A stretch of DNA of 64,000 nucleotides, taken from contig JBHJGN010000029.1 in assembly GCA_050331735.1 (NCBI GenBank), positions 128,001-192,000 of the forward strand, given 5' to 3'. Source of the stretch: Cyanophyceae cyanobacterium (lineage in GTDB: Bacteria > Cyanobacteriota > Cyanobacteriia > Cyanobacteriales > JBHJGN01). How positions within the stretch are numbered: the first letter of the stretch is position 1; the number at the start of each line of letters is the position of its first letter. Of the stretch, positions 51,793-60,984 are shown piece by piece. Under the pieces are notes generated by a model that was not told the DNA's origin, searched no databases, and saw only the letters and a list, made by a program, of their open reading frames with translations. Position numbers and translations under genes: made by a program.

Positions 51793-52785
51793 TCACTTAA
51801 GTCCTAACTTCCGGGCTACCTTAGCGATCATACTAGGAGGCTGGTTATACGGCTGGGGCTTGGTGGTAAACTGCGGTCTGTTTTCGGGGTCGTGAAGATA
51901 GCGATAGTGAAGAAATAAATCTCGATAGGGAAAATCAACATTTTCTCCAGCACAGGCTCGAGCAAATAATCTTGAAGACAAGCCGATATAGTGAATGTAG
52001 GTTAAGCGGTTGTCCTGATCGTAGAGAACGTTGTTCTTGGTTTGAAAGTGACTAGAAGTTACGCAGCAGCCTGTTGTGTCTGCTGGCGGTAACTGCAAAG
52101 CAAAGTTGTAAATCGAGGATTGAGTCCTCATCATCATATAGTTAATTAAAGTTTGGTCGGGAGCCATCGGATAAAGAATTTCAGCCTCACCTGAACCTAG
52201 CTGTGCAATCAACCACTCTCTTTTTTCTTCTGGAAATAAATTCTGTTGAGAAGCGTAAAACCCAGAACAAAAGATCTGGGTGTCAATTTGCGGCTGCGGA
52301 AAAATTGCCGTCAGCCGAGGAGCAGAAAGCTCGTATACGTGGCTTGGATCTTTGTACTGGAAGTCGTAAACCACACAGTCATGGTGCTGTAGTTGAGCAA
52401 ACACTGATTCTACTGGTCCCATCAGCAAAGTATCAGCATCCATGTAGAGAAACTGCTGAAAAGGACCGTCAAAAGCGCAGTAGCGTCTGTGAGTACCAAA
52501 GCGATGGTAGCCGGCGCTTCCAGCTTGTTGCCACCGCTGGCGAGCCGTCGGATGAGTATCCCAGGCTGCCTGAGCAAAACGATCCCATCGCTGTAGTGAC
52601 TCTCGCTCGTCGTAGAGCTGCACTTGAGGACGATGAGCAATGGCAGCAGCAATTCGTTCAGTGCGCTCGTCGTAAGGATAGATACAGACGGGAGTTTCTC
52701 GTCCGAGGATGTCTTCGATGCTGTTCAGCAGAGCAATGAGCTGGTCGTACACCCGATCGTTCGCTAGAGTACAGATTCCGTTCAT
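51793..52785 (-). CDS. Putative GT-A glycosyltransferase (Npun_R2821/R2822-like paralogue)
   Basis: GICTLAND, ALLNSI, YMDAD, FCSGF, DQTLINY and YIHY motifs. Confidence 0.75.
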   Translation of the reverse strand: MNGICTLANDRVYDQLIALLNSIEDILGRETPVCIYPYDERTERIAAAIAHRPQVQLYDERESLQRWDRFAQAAWDTHPTARQRWQQAGSAGYHRFGTHRRYCAFDGPFQQFLYMDADTLLMGPVESVFAQLQHHDCVVYDFQYKDPSHVYELSAPRLTAIFPQPQIDTQIFCSGFYASQQNLFPEEKREWLIAQLGSGEAEILYPMAPDQTLINYMMMRTQSSIYNFALQLPPADTTGCCVTSSHFQTKNNVLYDQDNRLTYIHYIGLSSRLFARACAGENVDFPYRDLFLHYRYLHDPENRPQFTTKPQPYNQPPSMIAKVARKLGLK

Positions 52786-52827
52786 GGCTAATTAAGACCT
52801 TCAATGGTGAGGCGACGGTATTGTTTT

Positions 52828-53781
52828 CTATGAGAACTGGCTGACGTAGTTGGAAAGCCACTCTAAGAGATTGAGCTTGTGCAGAATGACCTGTCTGGCT
52901 TCAGCGATCGCCTCTTTGGCTTCGTACCAAGCATCGGGAGTCGCCGTCACCTCTTTGATATGAGCAATGCCCTTTTCGTCCATACTGGGTAATCTTAAAA
53001 AGCTGCCGGGAGGCAGTAACCGATCGGCTGCCGTCCCCCCATAGTAAATTGGCAAACACCAGGCCAACAGAGCATCCCATAGTTTTTCGCTCACGTACCA
53101 TTCGTTGTCAGCATAGTTTTCAACGGCAAGATTATAGTAATAGGGGGCCATGGCGTACCACTTGTTATCTACAGATCCCAGACTCCTTGACCAGTCTGGC
53201 AGCCGTCGTCCGTACAGATCAAATTCAACGCTGCTTTCCTGAAGCTGCTTAAGAAAAGCTAAGCGCTGACGATGATTCTGAGTGCGGTCAATGCCGGACG
53301 TAATCCACGAGCACGCTCTCGTTTTTTCGGGTGGCCCCATTTCGTTTAGTTCGCGAAAAGAATTGGCGTGATACCAAATAGCGGGCATGTAGTCAGGAAC
53401 GGGAGCAAAGCGATCGGGACCAGAAACATAGCCACAGTATTTGCTAGCCGCCGCATAATTCTTCTGATTTTGAGTGACGATCTTCTCGAGTGGGGGTTCG
53501 CGCATCAAGAAAATCATGTTCTCTTTAGGAACACCGCGAAACTGAACTGTCGGGTCGTCTAACGTTTGTTTATGCCAGCGCTTCCACCAAGGACTTTGAG
53601 TCTGGTGCAGACGATGGCAGCTAAACTGATACAGGAGCAGAAAATCTGGCGAGGATGCCGTTGCCAGCATTTGCACTTTTCCCCAAACACCAAAAGGCTG
53701 TGGCGTTTGCTTCCACAGCCAATCCCTTTGGGAGTTGAGACTTTTATAGCTGGTGATCATCCCGACGATTTTTGGATTCAT
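52828..53781 (-). CDS. Glycosyltransferase family 10-like (fucosyltransferase-type) protein
   Basis: YYYNLAVEN...YVSEKLWDALLAWCLPIYYG matches the GT10 alpha-1,3-FucT motif. Confidence 0.8.
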   Translation of the reverse strand: MNPKIVGMITSYKSLNSQRDWLWKQTPQPFGVWGKVQMLATASSPDFLLLYQFSCHRLHQTQSPWWKRWHKQTLDDPTVQFRGVPKENMIFLMREPPLEKIVTQNQKNYAAASKYCGYVSGPDRFAPVPDYMPAIWYHANSFRELNEMGPPEKTRACSWITSGIDRTQNHRQRLAFLKQLQESSVEFDLYGRRLPDWSRSLGSVDNKWYAMAPYYYNLAVENYADNEWYVSEKLWDALLAWCLPIYYGGTAADRLLPPGSFLRLPSMDEKGIAHIKEVTATPDAWYEAKEAIAEARQVILHKLNLLEWLSNYVSQFS

Positions 53782-53889
53782 TTCCGGCAGGCTAGTTAGG
53801 GACAGACGAGATCAATTATGCCCCAGTCTTTCTCGAACGACATCATAAACCGCGCAAAAACCTAGCTCGTGACCCAGCTTAGCTCAATT

Positions 53890-54165
53890 TGGGAAAAGGG
53901 TAAGGGGGAAAGGGTCAGAACTTTTCGCTGCCTTAACAAGACTCTGTACTGAATGCCAGCACAAGTATTAAGTACGCCTCGTTAGGCTACGAGGGGGTTG
54001 CCGACAGCAAAGCTGTCAGAGCCAAAAATAAAACTCGCCCCAGAAACTCTCGACTTTAGAGAGTAGAAGCGAGTTAACAATCGGGAAAGTCTTCAGCAGA
54101 GAACAATTGACGAGAAAAGACGATTAACGCTCTCCCTTTTCCCCTGACCCTTTTCCCTTTCCCCG
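53890..54165. repeat. G-rich and C-rich arms enclosing several hairpins
   Basis: GGGAAAAGGGTAAGGGGGAAAGGGTCA (53891) and TCCCTTTTCCCCTGACCCTTTTCCC (~54135); internal stems near 53978, 54003 and 54032. Confidence 0.6.
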
Positions 54166-54177
54166 TCTCAGAGCGGC

Positions 54178-55398
54178 TTAAGGCGCTAAAGCGTGACCGC
54201 GCAGCAGGCTACCAACCGTTTTAGCGGTAATTTTTAACTGGACTAAAGGATTAGCGGGAACAACGGTTTTATAGAGATAGCTGTCAAAGGTCATTTTTTG
54301 TACATCTCTGTCTGCACACATTTCTACAAACGCCTCGCGGGTCGCATCCGAGCGATAGAAGACGCTTTGGAGAATGTCTAAGACCTTGTAGGTCATACCG
54401 TATTTCTTATCCCACCGCTTTAGGTACAGCTTAAGATCGGTTTCGGTAGGAATGCGAGTGCCACCATTAGAGGTTTCCACAATGGTTTCAGCACACATCC
54501 GAGCCGATTTAGCGGCAAAATAAATGCCTTCTCCAGAAGACTTAGTGACGGTTCCGGCGGCATCACCTACAAGCGCGACGCGACCAGCGACGCGGCGAGG
54601 ACGGGGATGTTCAGGAATGGGATGAGCCTCAACTTTAATAATTTGCCCTCCCTCTAGGCGACGGGCAGCACGAGCGCGGATTCCGGCTTGCAGGTGCTTG
54701 ATCTGGGTTTTATTGATCTTCATGGTGCCAGTGCCCACGGCAACGTGGTCGTATTTGGGAAACACCCAGGCGTAGAAGTCGGGGGAGACATCGTTGCCCA
54801 CGTACATCTCTGCCCGATCTTCGTAGTACTGCATTAGAGGTTCCGGGAGGCGAATCCGTTCCTGGAAGGCGATCGCGTAGTTGTAGTCTCCCGCGTCAAT
54901 TGCCTTGGCAATGCGGGAATTCGCGCCATCAGCGCCAATTACCACGTCAACTTTAAGAGTCTTCATGACCCCTTTGCCATCGCCGTTGGAGTGGTCGGTG
55001 TAGTGCAGCGTGTAGGGTTCTGTTTGGGTTTTAGGAATATCTAATTGGTAAACGGTGCCGTTGATAAGCTGAGCCCCTAGCTTGGCAGCGCGATCGCGCA
55101 TAAAGCCATCGAGGATCTCACGGCGGCACATTCCGATATATTCGTTTTCGTTATCTAAATTAATATCAACTTCAACGTTGGAAGGCGAGATCATCTTCAT
55201 CTTGCGAACTCGCCGATCCACGATTTCTGGCGGCAGATCAAATTCACTGACCATGCATAGGGGAATAGCTCCACCGCAGGGCTTAGCATTGTCGAGCTTG
55301 CGCTCAAACAAATACGTTTCAATTCCGGATTTGGCTAGCGTTTCAGCGGCGGAGGAACCCGCCGGTCCTGAACCAACAACAGCAACCCTTATTCCCAA
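54178..55398 (-). CDS. chlP: Geranylgeranyl reductase
   Basis: RVAVVGSGPAG, AKPCGGAIPLCM, GADGANS and SSGEGIYFA motifs. TTG start at 55398 follows AGGAGA. Confidence 0.96.
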   Translation of the reverse strand: MGIRVAVVGSGPAGSSAAETLAKSGIETYLFERKLDNAKPCGGAIPLCMVSEFDLPPEIVDRRVRKMKMISPSNVEVDINLDNENEYIGMCRREILDGFMRDRAAKLGAQLINGTVYQLDIPKTQTEPYTLHYTDHSNGDGKGVMKTLKVDVVIGADGANSRIAKAIDAGDYNYAIAFQERIRLPEPLMQYYEDRAEMYVGNDVSPDFYAWVFPKYDHVAVGTGTMKINKTQIKHLQAGIRARAARRLEGGQIIKVEAHPIPEHPRPRRVAGRVALVGDAAGTVTKSSGEGIYFAAKSARMCAETIVETSNGGTRIPTETDLKLYLKRWDKKYGMTYKVLDILQSVFYRSDATREAFVEMCADRDVQKMTFDSYLYKTVVPANPLVQLKITAKTVGSLLRGHALAP

Positions 55399-55573
55399 GG
55401 CTTTTCTCCTATCTTTATCCACGAGCTACGCAGAGCATCGTATCACGCTCTTCTGACGCAATCGGCTCTAGACAGGGGAAGATGCCCAAAGTTGAAATAG
55501 AGTTTAACAAACTAGTCAATAAAGCTTAACAGTGAGCAGTTACCAAATTAAGCCGCTGGTCACTGCTCACTGA

Positions 55574-55903
55574 CTAGACTGGCGGGAGTCCCTTCATCTG
55601 GCGAATAGCGTTCACGCAGGCGATACAGTCGCAGCCGAAGAGGGCGATCGCTGCATCACTTTCTGCTTCACTAAACTCCAGCATCGGAGCGTCTTCTGAA
55701 AAGTGACGGGGCGCTTGTAGCGAGTTTGGCTGCGATCGCGTACAGGTTAAGTTACCCATGCCAGTCGAACTGCATGCTGAAGTCGGGGCTTCAAACGTTA
55801 ATTCTTGCGAATGAGCGGGCGCTGTAACGAGGGTAGAAATAATCGGTGCTAAAAATACGGGGAAAGTCAGCAGGTTGAGGAAAATTTTGTTGGTACGTAT
55901 CAT
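55574..55903 (-). CDS. Small exported protein with C-terminal CxCxxC motif
   Basis: Signal-peptide-like N-terminus (APAHS) and ESDAAIALFGCDCIACVNAIRQ. Confidence 0.75.
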   Translation of the reverse strand: MIRTNKIFLNLLTFPVFLAPIISTLVTAPAHSQELTFEAPTSACSSTGMGNLTCTRSQPNSLQAPRHFSEDAPMLEFSEAESDAAIALFGCDCIACVNAIRQMKGLPPV

Positions 55904-56610
55904 AAGCGATCGTCCTTAATACAGGGCAGCATTGCGCAGCAGCATAGCGGCATTTGAATATTAGCATTCAAATTAGCGACCTTAACTGAGCTGCTCGACA
56001 CGATTATACTGATCAGAGCACAAATGCGTAATCCTTTGCCATTTTTTTCTTGGATATGGATGAGAAAATTCTGACGGTGGAATTTCTTGATAGTTTAAGG
56101 AGAGAATTCACCAAATTTTATAACTAGTCAAGCTAGACAACCTGAGTCGGGGTAAGAATAGCGGTGGTTAAAACCACTGCTACACAAACAAAACCTGCTG
56201 GCGCAGATCTCTTAAATCGGCATGAAAATTCGGATTGAGTAGATTGCATTTGGAGTAGGGAAGATTCAGATACAGAAGCGATGCTAAATACCACGCCTTT
56301 AACAGTTGATTTCACCAAAGAAGAGTCAGTTTTATAGAGCTTGCCAAAATCACCACAATCAAGTCAGCCAGTGGCATGGAACACAGTTTACTTTGGGCAT
56401 CACCGTCAGCCTAGTCATGAAACACCTTAATACTCTTCTCCCCAACACTCTCTTAGCATTGATCTTGGACGCGCGACCGCGGTAGAAAGATGGTGAGGAA
56501 GTGGATGCTTTAAGAGGAAAACTGTCAGACACGTAGACACCACAATTTATGCGGCCAATGTTCCTCAAAAGCAACGCTGGGATAGAGAAGGTGAATTCAT
56601 TTTAGAATAG

Positions 56611-57273
56611 CTAGGCAAGCAAATCTTGGATAATCTGCCGACGTTTCTCCTGGCGATTTTGGCTCTGAACTTTGACCCTTGCTACCACTTCAGCCGGAGC
56701 GGTGTGAGGAGAACCAGACTGGAATGGGGGAGCCGGATTGTATTCCATCGCTAGCTGAATTTCTTGGGCGATCGCTTCGTCAAATAATTCGGCAGCGATC
56801 GCTAAACCAAAGTCAATCCCTGCCGTCACTCCCCCACCTGTAATTCGGTTGCGGTCAATTACAACTCGTTCTGCTACGGTCTCTACCCCAAACATCTCTA
56901 GGAGTTCAAGCGACTGCCAGTGGGTGGTGGCGCGATACCCTTGCAGCAATCCTGCTGCTGCCAGTAATAGTGAACCGGTGCAGACCGAGGTCACGTATTG
57001 GGCTTGGTCACCGAGAGTTTTTAAACACCGCAGGAATGAGCGATCTTCTAGCTTGAGATTGACTCCCCCTCCTCCTGGAACAAACAGCACATTTAGAGCT
57101 AGATTTTGGGCCAGCGTCGCGTTGGGGAAAAAAGCCATGTTCCCGCTCTGAACTGGTTCGAGAGTTTCTGCCAATAGGTAGAGCCGTGTATCGGGTAACC
57201 GGGTAAAAACTTCGTAGGGACTCGTCAGATCTAACTGCGTGAGGTTGGGAAACACAACCATGCCAATCTTCAT
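56611..57273 (-). CDS. DJ-1/PfpI family protein (isonitrile hydratase-like)
   Basis: TQLDLTSP, VPGG, SVCTGS, ATTHW, GGVTAGID and EYNPAPPF motifs. Confidence 0.9.
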   Translation of the reverse strand: MKIGMVVFPNLTQLDLTSPYEVFTRLPDTRLYLLAETLEPVQSGNMAFFPNATLAQNLALNVLFVPGGGGVNLKLEDRSFLRCLKTLGDQAQYVTSVCTGSLLLAAAGLLQGYRATTHWQSLELLEMFGVETVAERVVIDRNRITGGGVTAGIDFGLAIAAELFDEAIAQEIQLAMEYNPAPPFQSGSPHTAPAEVVARVKVQSQNRQEKRRQIIQDLLA

Positions 57274-57279
57274 GCTGCT

Positions 57280-57759
57280 CTAAGCGGCTCTCCGCTTTGT
57301 AAAACCGTGTCTTTGGGGAACTCCTTGAGAAATAATCTGATGCAGGAGCGGAATTTTGGCACTATTATAGACCCGAAACTCGCTCTCGACGGTAGCTGCT
57401 GCGGTACGCACTGCCTGGTTAATCACGAGGGAACCATCGGGATCGGAGACGGAGCGATGAAAAGTACCGGGAGGAATCCGCAGTATATCGCTGTTAGCTT
57501 CTAAGCGCACAACGTGATAGGGATATTCCCACGAAAGATTAACTAGATAAAAGGTTCTACCTCCTGAAAGCGCCAGCAGGTTATCTTCCTGACGAGGGTG
57601 GAGATAAAACTGCCAGTTGCCGCTTGCGCTATTGTAAGGACTAACTGCCGGACCATCGTGAAAGACCAGATCGCGGGCATTAGAATGGGGAATTGTAATG
57701 TCAAAAAAGCGAACGTTCGGGGTATCTCGGAATTTGTGATAGGTAAGTAATTCAAACAC
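57280..57759 (-). CDS. Cupin-like conserved protein
   Basis: FYLHPRQEDNL and IPPGTFHRS resemble the two cupin motifs. Confidence 0.75.
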   Translation of the reverse strand: MFELLTYHKFRDTPNVRFFDITIPHSNARDLVFHDGPAVSPYNSASGNWQFYLHPRQEDNLLALSGGRTFYLVNLSWEYPYHVVRLEANSDILRIPPGTFHRSVSDPDGSLVINQAVRTAAATVESEFRVYNSAKIPLLHQIISQGVPQRHGFTKRRAA

Positions 57760-57840
57760 AGCTCTTCACACCAAGGTCTAGGGTTCTTTTCTGTAGCCTA
57801 GCCTTTACATTTTTTAACGTCAAAACTGATCGAGAATCTT

Positions 57841-57863
57841 ATCTATGCACAAAGCGGATAGAT
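57841..57863. promoter_or_regulatory. Probable LysR recognition site
   Basis: Perfect ATCTAT-N11-ATAGAT dyad containing T-N11-A, in the divergent intergenic region. Confidence 0.6.
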
Positions 57864-57881
57864 CAACCTTGCTAAGGACAG

Positions 57882-58757
57882 ATGAACCTTTATCAGCTCA
57901 AGATTTTGCTAGTTGTTGCCGAGACAGGGAATTTTTCCGTAGCGGCGCTCAAGCTCAACGTATCTCAATCCTCAGTGAGTCGAGCGATCGCCTCTTTAGA
58001 AGAAGAACTGGGAGTGCCGCTGTTTTCGCGAGGACGGTTTGGGGCTCGTCTGACGCTGGTGGGCGAGAAAATTGTCGTTCACGCTCGTCGCATTTTAGAG
58101 ATTCGAGAAAGCATCGAGCAAGAGGTAAATCTCGAAAAAGGTTTACACCGAGGACGGGTCCGAGTGGCTTCGTTTCGCAGTGCCGCCACTCACTTACTGC
58201 CGCCGACGATCGCGCGCTTTAGTCGGCAGTTTCCTAACGTTGAAGTGACTCTCACAGAGCGAGATCCACTCGGAGTCGAGCAGGCTTTGCGAGACGGAGA
58301 AGCCGACATTGGTTTGCTGCCGTTACCTCGTTCGGAAGAATTTGACACGTGGGAAATTGCCAGAGACGAGTATGTTGTGCTGTTGCCTCCAACGGCGGGG
58401 ATCGTTTCCCCTTTGACTTGGAAGCAGCTCTCTTCCTACTCGTTTATTTTGTTTAACTACGCAGAATGTACCTCAGCGGTGCGGGAACACTGGGCTAGTT
58501 GGGGACAAAGCTTAGAAGTTGCCCACGCCATTAAAGAAGATTCCACGATTGTCAGTATGGTGGCTCAAGGGCTAGGCGCAGCCATTCTTCCTCGTTTAGC
58601 CGCACTACCGATTCCTGAAAGCATTCAGGTTGAGTCTTTACCCGTTCCCCTAGAAAGAGTCATCGGTGCGGCTATTCTAGCTAATTCCCTGCAAACAACC
58701 GCTACCTTTGCTTTTCTAGATGTTTTAAGAGGCACAGGGGTGTTTGCGGACAAATAA
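57882..58757 (+). CDS. LysR family transcriptional regulator
   Basis: NFSVAALKLNVSQSSVSRAIASLEEELGVPLF HTH followed by a substrate-binding domain. Confidence 0.95.
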   Translation: MNLYQLKILLVVAETGNFSVAALKLNVSQSSVSRAIASLEEELGVPLFSRGRFGARLTLVGEKIVVHARRILEIRESIEQEVNLEKGLHRGRVRVASFRSAATHLLPPTIARFSRQFPNVEVTLTERDPLGVEQALRDGEADIGLLPLPRSEEFDTWEIARDEYVVLLPPTAGIVSPLTWKQLSSYSFILFNYAECTSAVREHWASWGQSLEVAHAIKEDSTIVSMVAQGLGAAILPRLAALPIPESIQVESLPVPLERVIGAAILANSLQTTATFAFLDVLRGTGVFADK

Positions 58758-58807
58758 TCAGTGATCGCTAATGAGGAATTCAGTCCGATTTCTGTCTCTC
58801 TACACCG

Positions 58808-59092
58808 TCACGCTGCACTTGACCAGCCCTGCACTTTCTGCCCAATTTTAAAAATAACCGAGCTTCCTAAACCTAACTGCTGAGCGACAGCAAGAAGCGT
58901 TGCTATCTGTTTCTGAGTGGTTGCTATTGAGTGAGGGCAAGCTTCAAAATTGAGACACAGGACAGTAGAGCAGCCCCACGGTTCCCGAAACACTCGACAA
59001 GCCTGGGGAAGACAGTTTGTTAAAGAGCGAAATCGGTTCATGGCTGCTTTTTCAAAGTCTGTGCTTGTACTCTTTAATGATTGATTCGCCAT
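58808..59092 (-). CDS. Small conserved cyanobacterial hypothetical protein
   Basis: 94 aa with a CRVFREPWGCSTVLCLNF motif. Confidence 0.7.
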   Translation of the reverse strand: MANQSLKSTSTDFEKAAMNRFRSLTNCLPQACRVFREPWGCSTVLCLNFEACPHSIATTQKQIATLLAVAQQLGLGSSVIFKIGQKVQGWSSAA

Positions 59093-59211
59093 AATTTTTC
59101 TCCGCTAGTCAGCAACGCTTCGCTTGAACTCTTTCATCTGTAACACAGCAGCGTAGAACAATTTGTACTTTACGCTGCTATTTTAGCCTACCCGCCAGCA
59201 CCCTCATGGGC

Positions 59212-59844
59212 TTAGCGGCCTAGAGCGTACATCTGATTAATCACATCAGCACAGTGCTGAGTGACCTTCGCTAACTCTTCCCGCTTCGTCGAGGGCGGTG
59301 GGGCGATCGCCTTGCCGATACGCACCGTCACCGAGACCGGTCGCGGGAAGGTTCCTTGCAAAATTCCTTCGGTTCCCCACAGGCTCAACGGCACTAGCGG
59401 GACTTTGGCTTTGGCCGCAATCATCGCCGCTCCTAATTTTGGCTCGATAATCCGTGCGTCTGACGTTCGCTGTCCAGTTAAAAATAGCCCCACGGCCCAC
59501 CCTTGCTGAAGCTTGGTCATGGCGGCGCGAATGGCGCTGCGGTCTGCGGTTTGCCGCTTCACGGGATAGGCGCCGTACAGATGAATCGCTTGCCTGAGAA
59601 CAGGAACGGTAAACAGTTCTGCTTTCGCCATAAAAGCCACCGGACGACGAACACAGCAGGACACAATCGGTGGATCGAAGTAGCTAGCATGATTACTCAC
59701 GATCACGACTGGACCGGTTTGGGGCACATTTTCTGGTCCATGAATCCGTCCCCGAAAGTAAGCATGCAGCATGGGGCTGACCACTGACCACTTAAATAAG
59801 TGATACAAAACCAAGCTAGCGACAGGTTCTCTTTCGGCATCCAC
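59212..59844 (-). CDS. plsC: 1-acyl-sn-glycerol-3-phosphate acyltransferase
   Basis: SNHASYFD (HxxxxD) and FMAKAELF motifs. Confidence 0.9.
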   Translation of the reverse strand: MDAEREPVASLVLYHLFKWSVVSPMLHAYFRGRIHGPENVPQTGPVVIVSNHASYFDPPIVSCCVRRPVAFMAKAELFTVPVLRQAIHLYGAYPVKRQTADRSAIRAAMTKLQQGWAVGLFLTGQRTSDARIIEPKLGAAMIAAKAKVPLVPLSLWGTEGILQGTFPRPVSVTVRIGKAIAPPPSTKREELAKVTQHCADVINQMYALGR

Positions 59845-59924
59845 TAGAAATCGTCAGTCAAATGATTGGAAAGCGTTTAGCGCTTAGCGTTTTACTGTAG
59901 CTGATGAATGAAAAACAGCATCGC

Positions 59925-60800
59925 TTAGAGGCTAGACAAGCTAGTAAAATCGCTGATATTCTTCAACTCTAGCTCTTTACAGGTTCTTTTAAGTAAGCCC
60001 GTGAGGACTTTACCTGGACCAACTTCAATTGCCTGGGAGACTTCCTCCTCAGAGAGCTTGAGCATAATTTCTCGCCAGCGGACTGTTCCAGTCATCTGCT
60101 GGACGAGGCGCTCTTTCAGTTCTACTCCCGACTGCGTTGGCTGAGGATCGACATTAGAGAGTACCGGAATCTTCGCATCCGCAAAGGCCACGGTCTGCAA
60201 CATTGCTGCAAACTGCTGAGCCGGGGTAGCCATCCCGGCAGAATGAAAAGCACCAGAAACGTTGAGCAGCACGGCTCGCTTGGCTTTTACCTGAGTCATC
60301 GCCTTCTCCACCGCTTCAGGCGTACCGGAAATCACGATCTGCTCAGCACTGTTATCGTTAGCAACAGCCACATCAGCCTCTGCGAGTACTTGATGAAGCT
60401 GCTCCCGATCGAATTTCATCAGTGCTGCCATCCGGCCTCCCGCCGCTGCATCCATCAATTCCGCTCTTCTCTTGACTAAATCAAGGCCCGTTTCAAACTC
60501 CAATACTCCAGCGACCGTTAAAGCGACATACTCGCCCAAGCTATGACCTGCCACTACATCAGGACAATGCCCCTGCTGCCTCAGTAAGTCAGCTAAGATG
60601 TTTTCCAGCACGTAGAGACAAGGCTGAGTATACAGCGTTCGATTTACCTGTTCTTGCTGACAGAGCTCAAGCACTGACCACCCTAAGATTGCTTCCGCTT
60701 GAGAAAATTTAGCTCGTGCTTCCGGAAGTGCGGCTAAATCCGCTTCCATCCCCACAGACTGAGAACCTTGTCCGGGAAATACCCATGCAGTTTTAGTCAT
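59925..60800 (-). CDS. fabD: Malonyl-CoA:ACP transacylase
   Basis: VFPGQGSQ, GHSLGEY, VSGAFHS and EVGPGKVL motifs. ATG at 60800; the ORF-track extension runs through repeat DNA. Confidence 0.95.
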   Translation of the reverse strand: MTKTAWVFPGQGSQSVGMEADLAALPEARAKFSQAEAILGWSVLELCQQEQVNRTLYTQPCLYVLENILADLLRQQGHCPDVVAGHSLGEYVALTVAGVLEFETGLDLVKRRAELMDAAAGGRMAALMKFDREQLHQVLAEADVAVANDNSAEQIVISGTPEAVEKAMTQVKAKRAVLLNVSGAFHSAGMATPAQQFAAMLQTVAFADAKIPVLSNVDPQPTQSGVELKERLVQQMTGTVRWREIMLKLSEEEVSQAIEVGPGKVLTGLLKRTCKELELKNISDFTSLSSL

Positions 60801-60820
60801 AATCGAAGTCACTCTGTAAT

Positions 60821-60980
60821 GACAGCGCCACAGGCGCAGGAAAAGCCGCTGTCGCGGTGGGAAAAAGGAAAGCGCCACAGGCGCGGGGAAAGGGGGAAAT
60901 CAATCAGCGGCTCTCTCAATCCTAGGGTCTTTTCCCGTCGCCAAGCGACAGTTTCCCCTTTCCCCGTCCCGCTAGGGACA
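60821..60980. repeat. Inverted G-rich/C-rich tract with 5 micro-hairpins
   Basis: Hairpins at 60825-37, 60845-58, 60872-84, 60937-49 and 60966-79. Confidence 0.85.
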
Positions 60981-60984
60981 TCAA

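Noticed and set aside
56133..56574. Two short minus-strand ORFs
   Set aside because: No recognisable motifs or ribosome-binding sites; at most decayed sequence.
59155..59169. LexA-like AGAACAATTTGTACT
   Set aside because: Half-sites are 5 nt apart rather than the 4 nt of the consensus.
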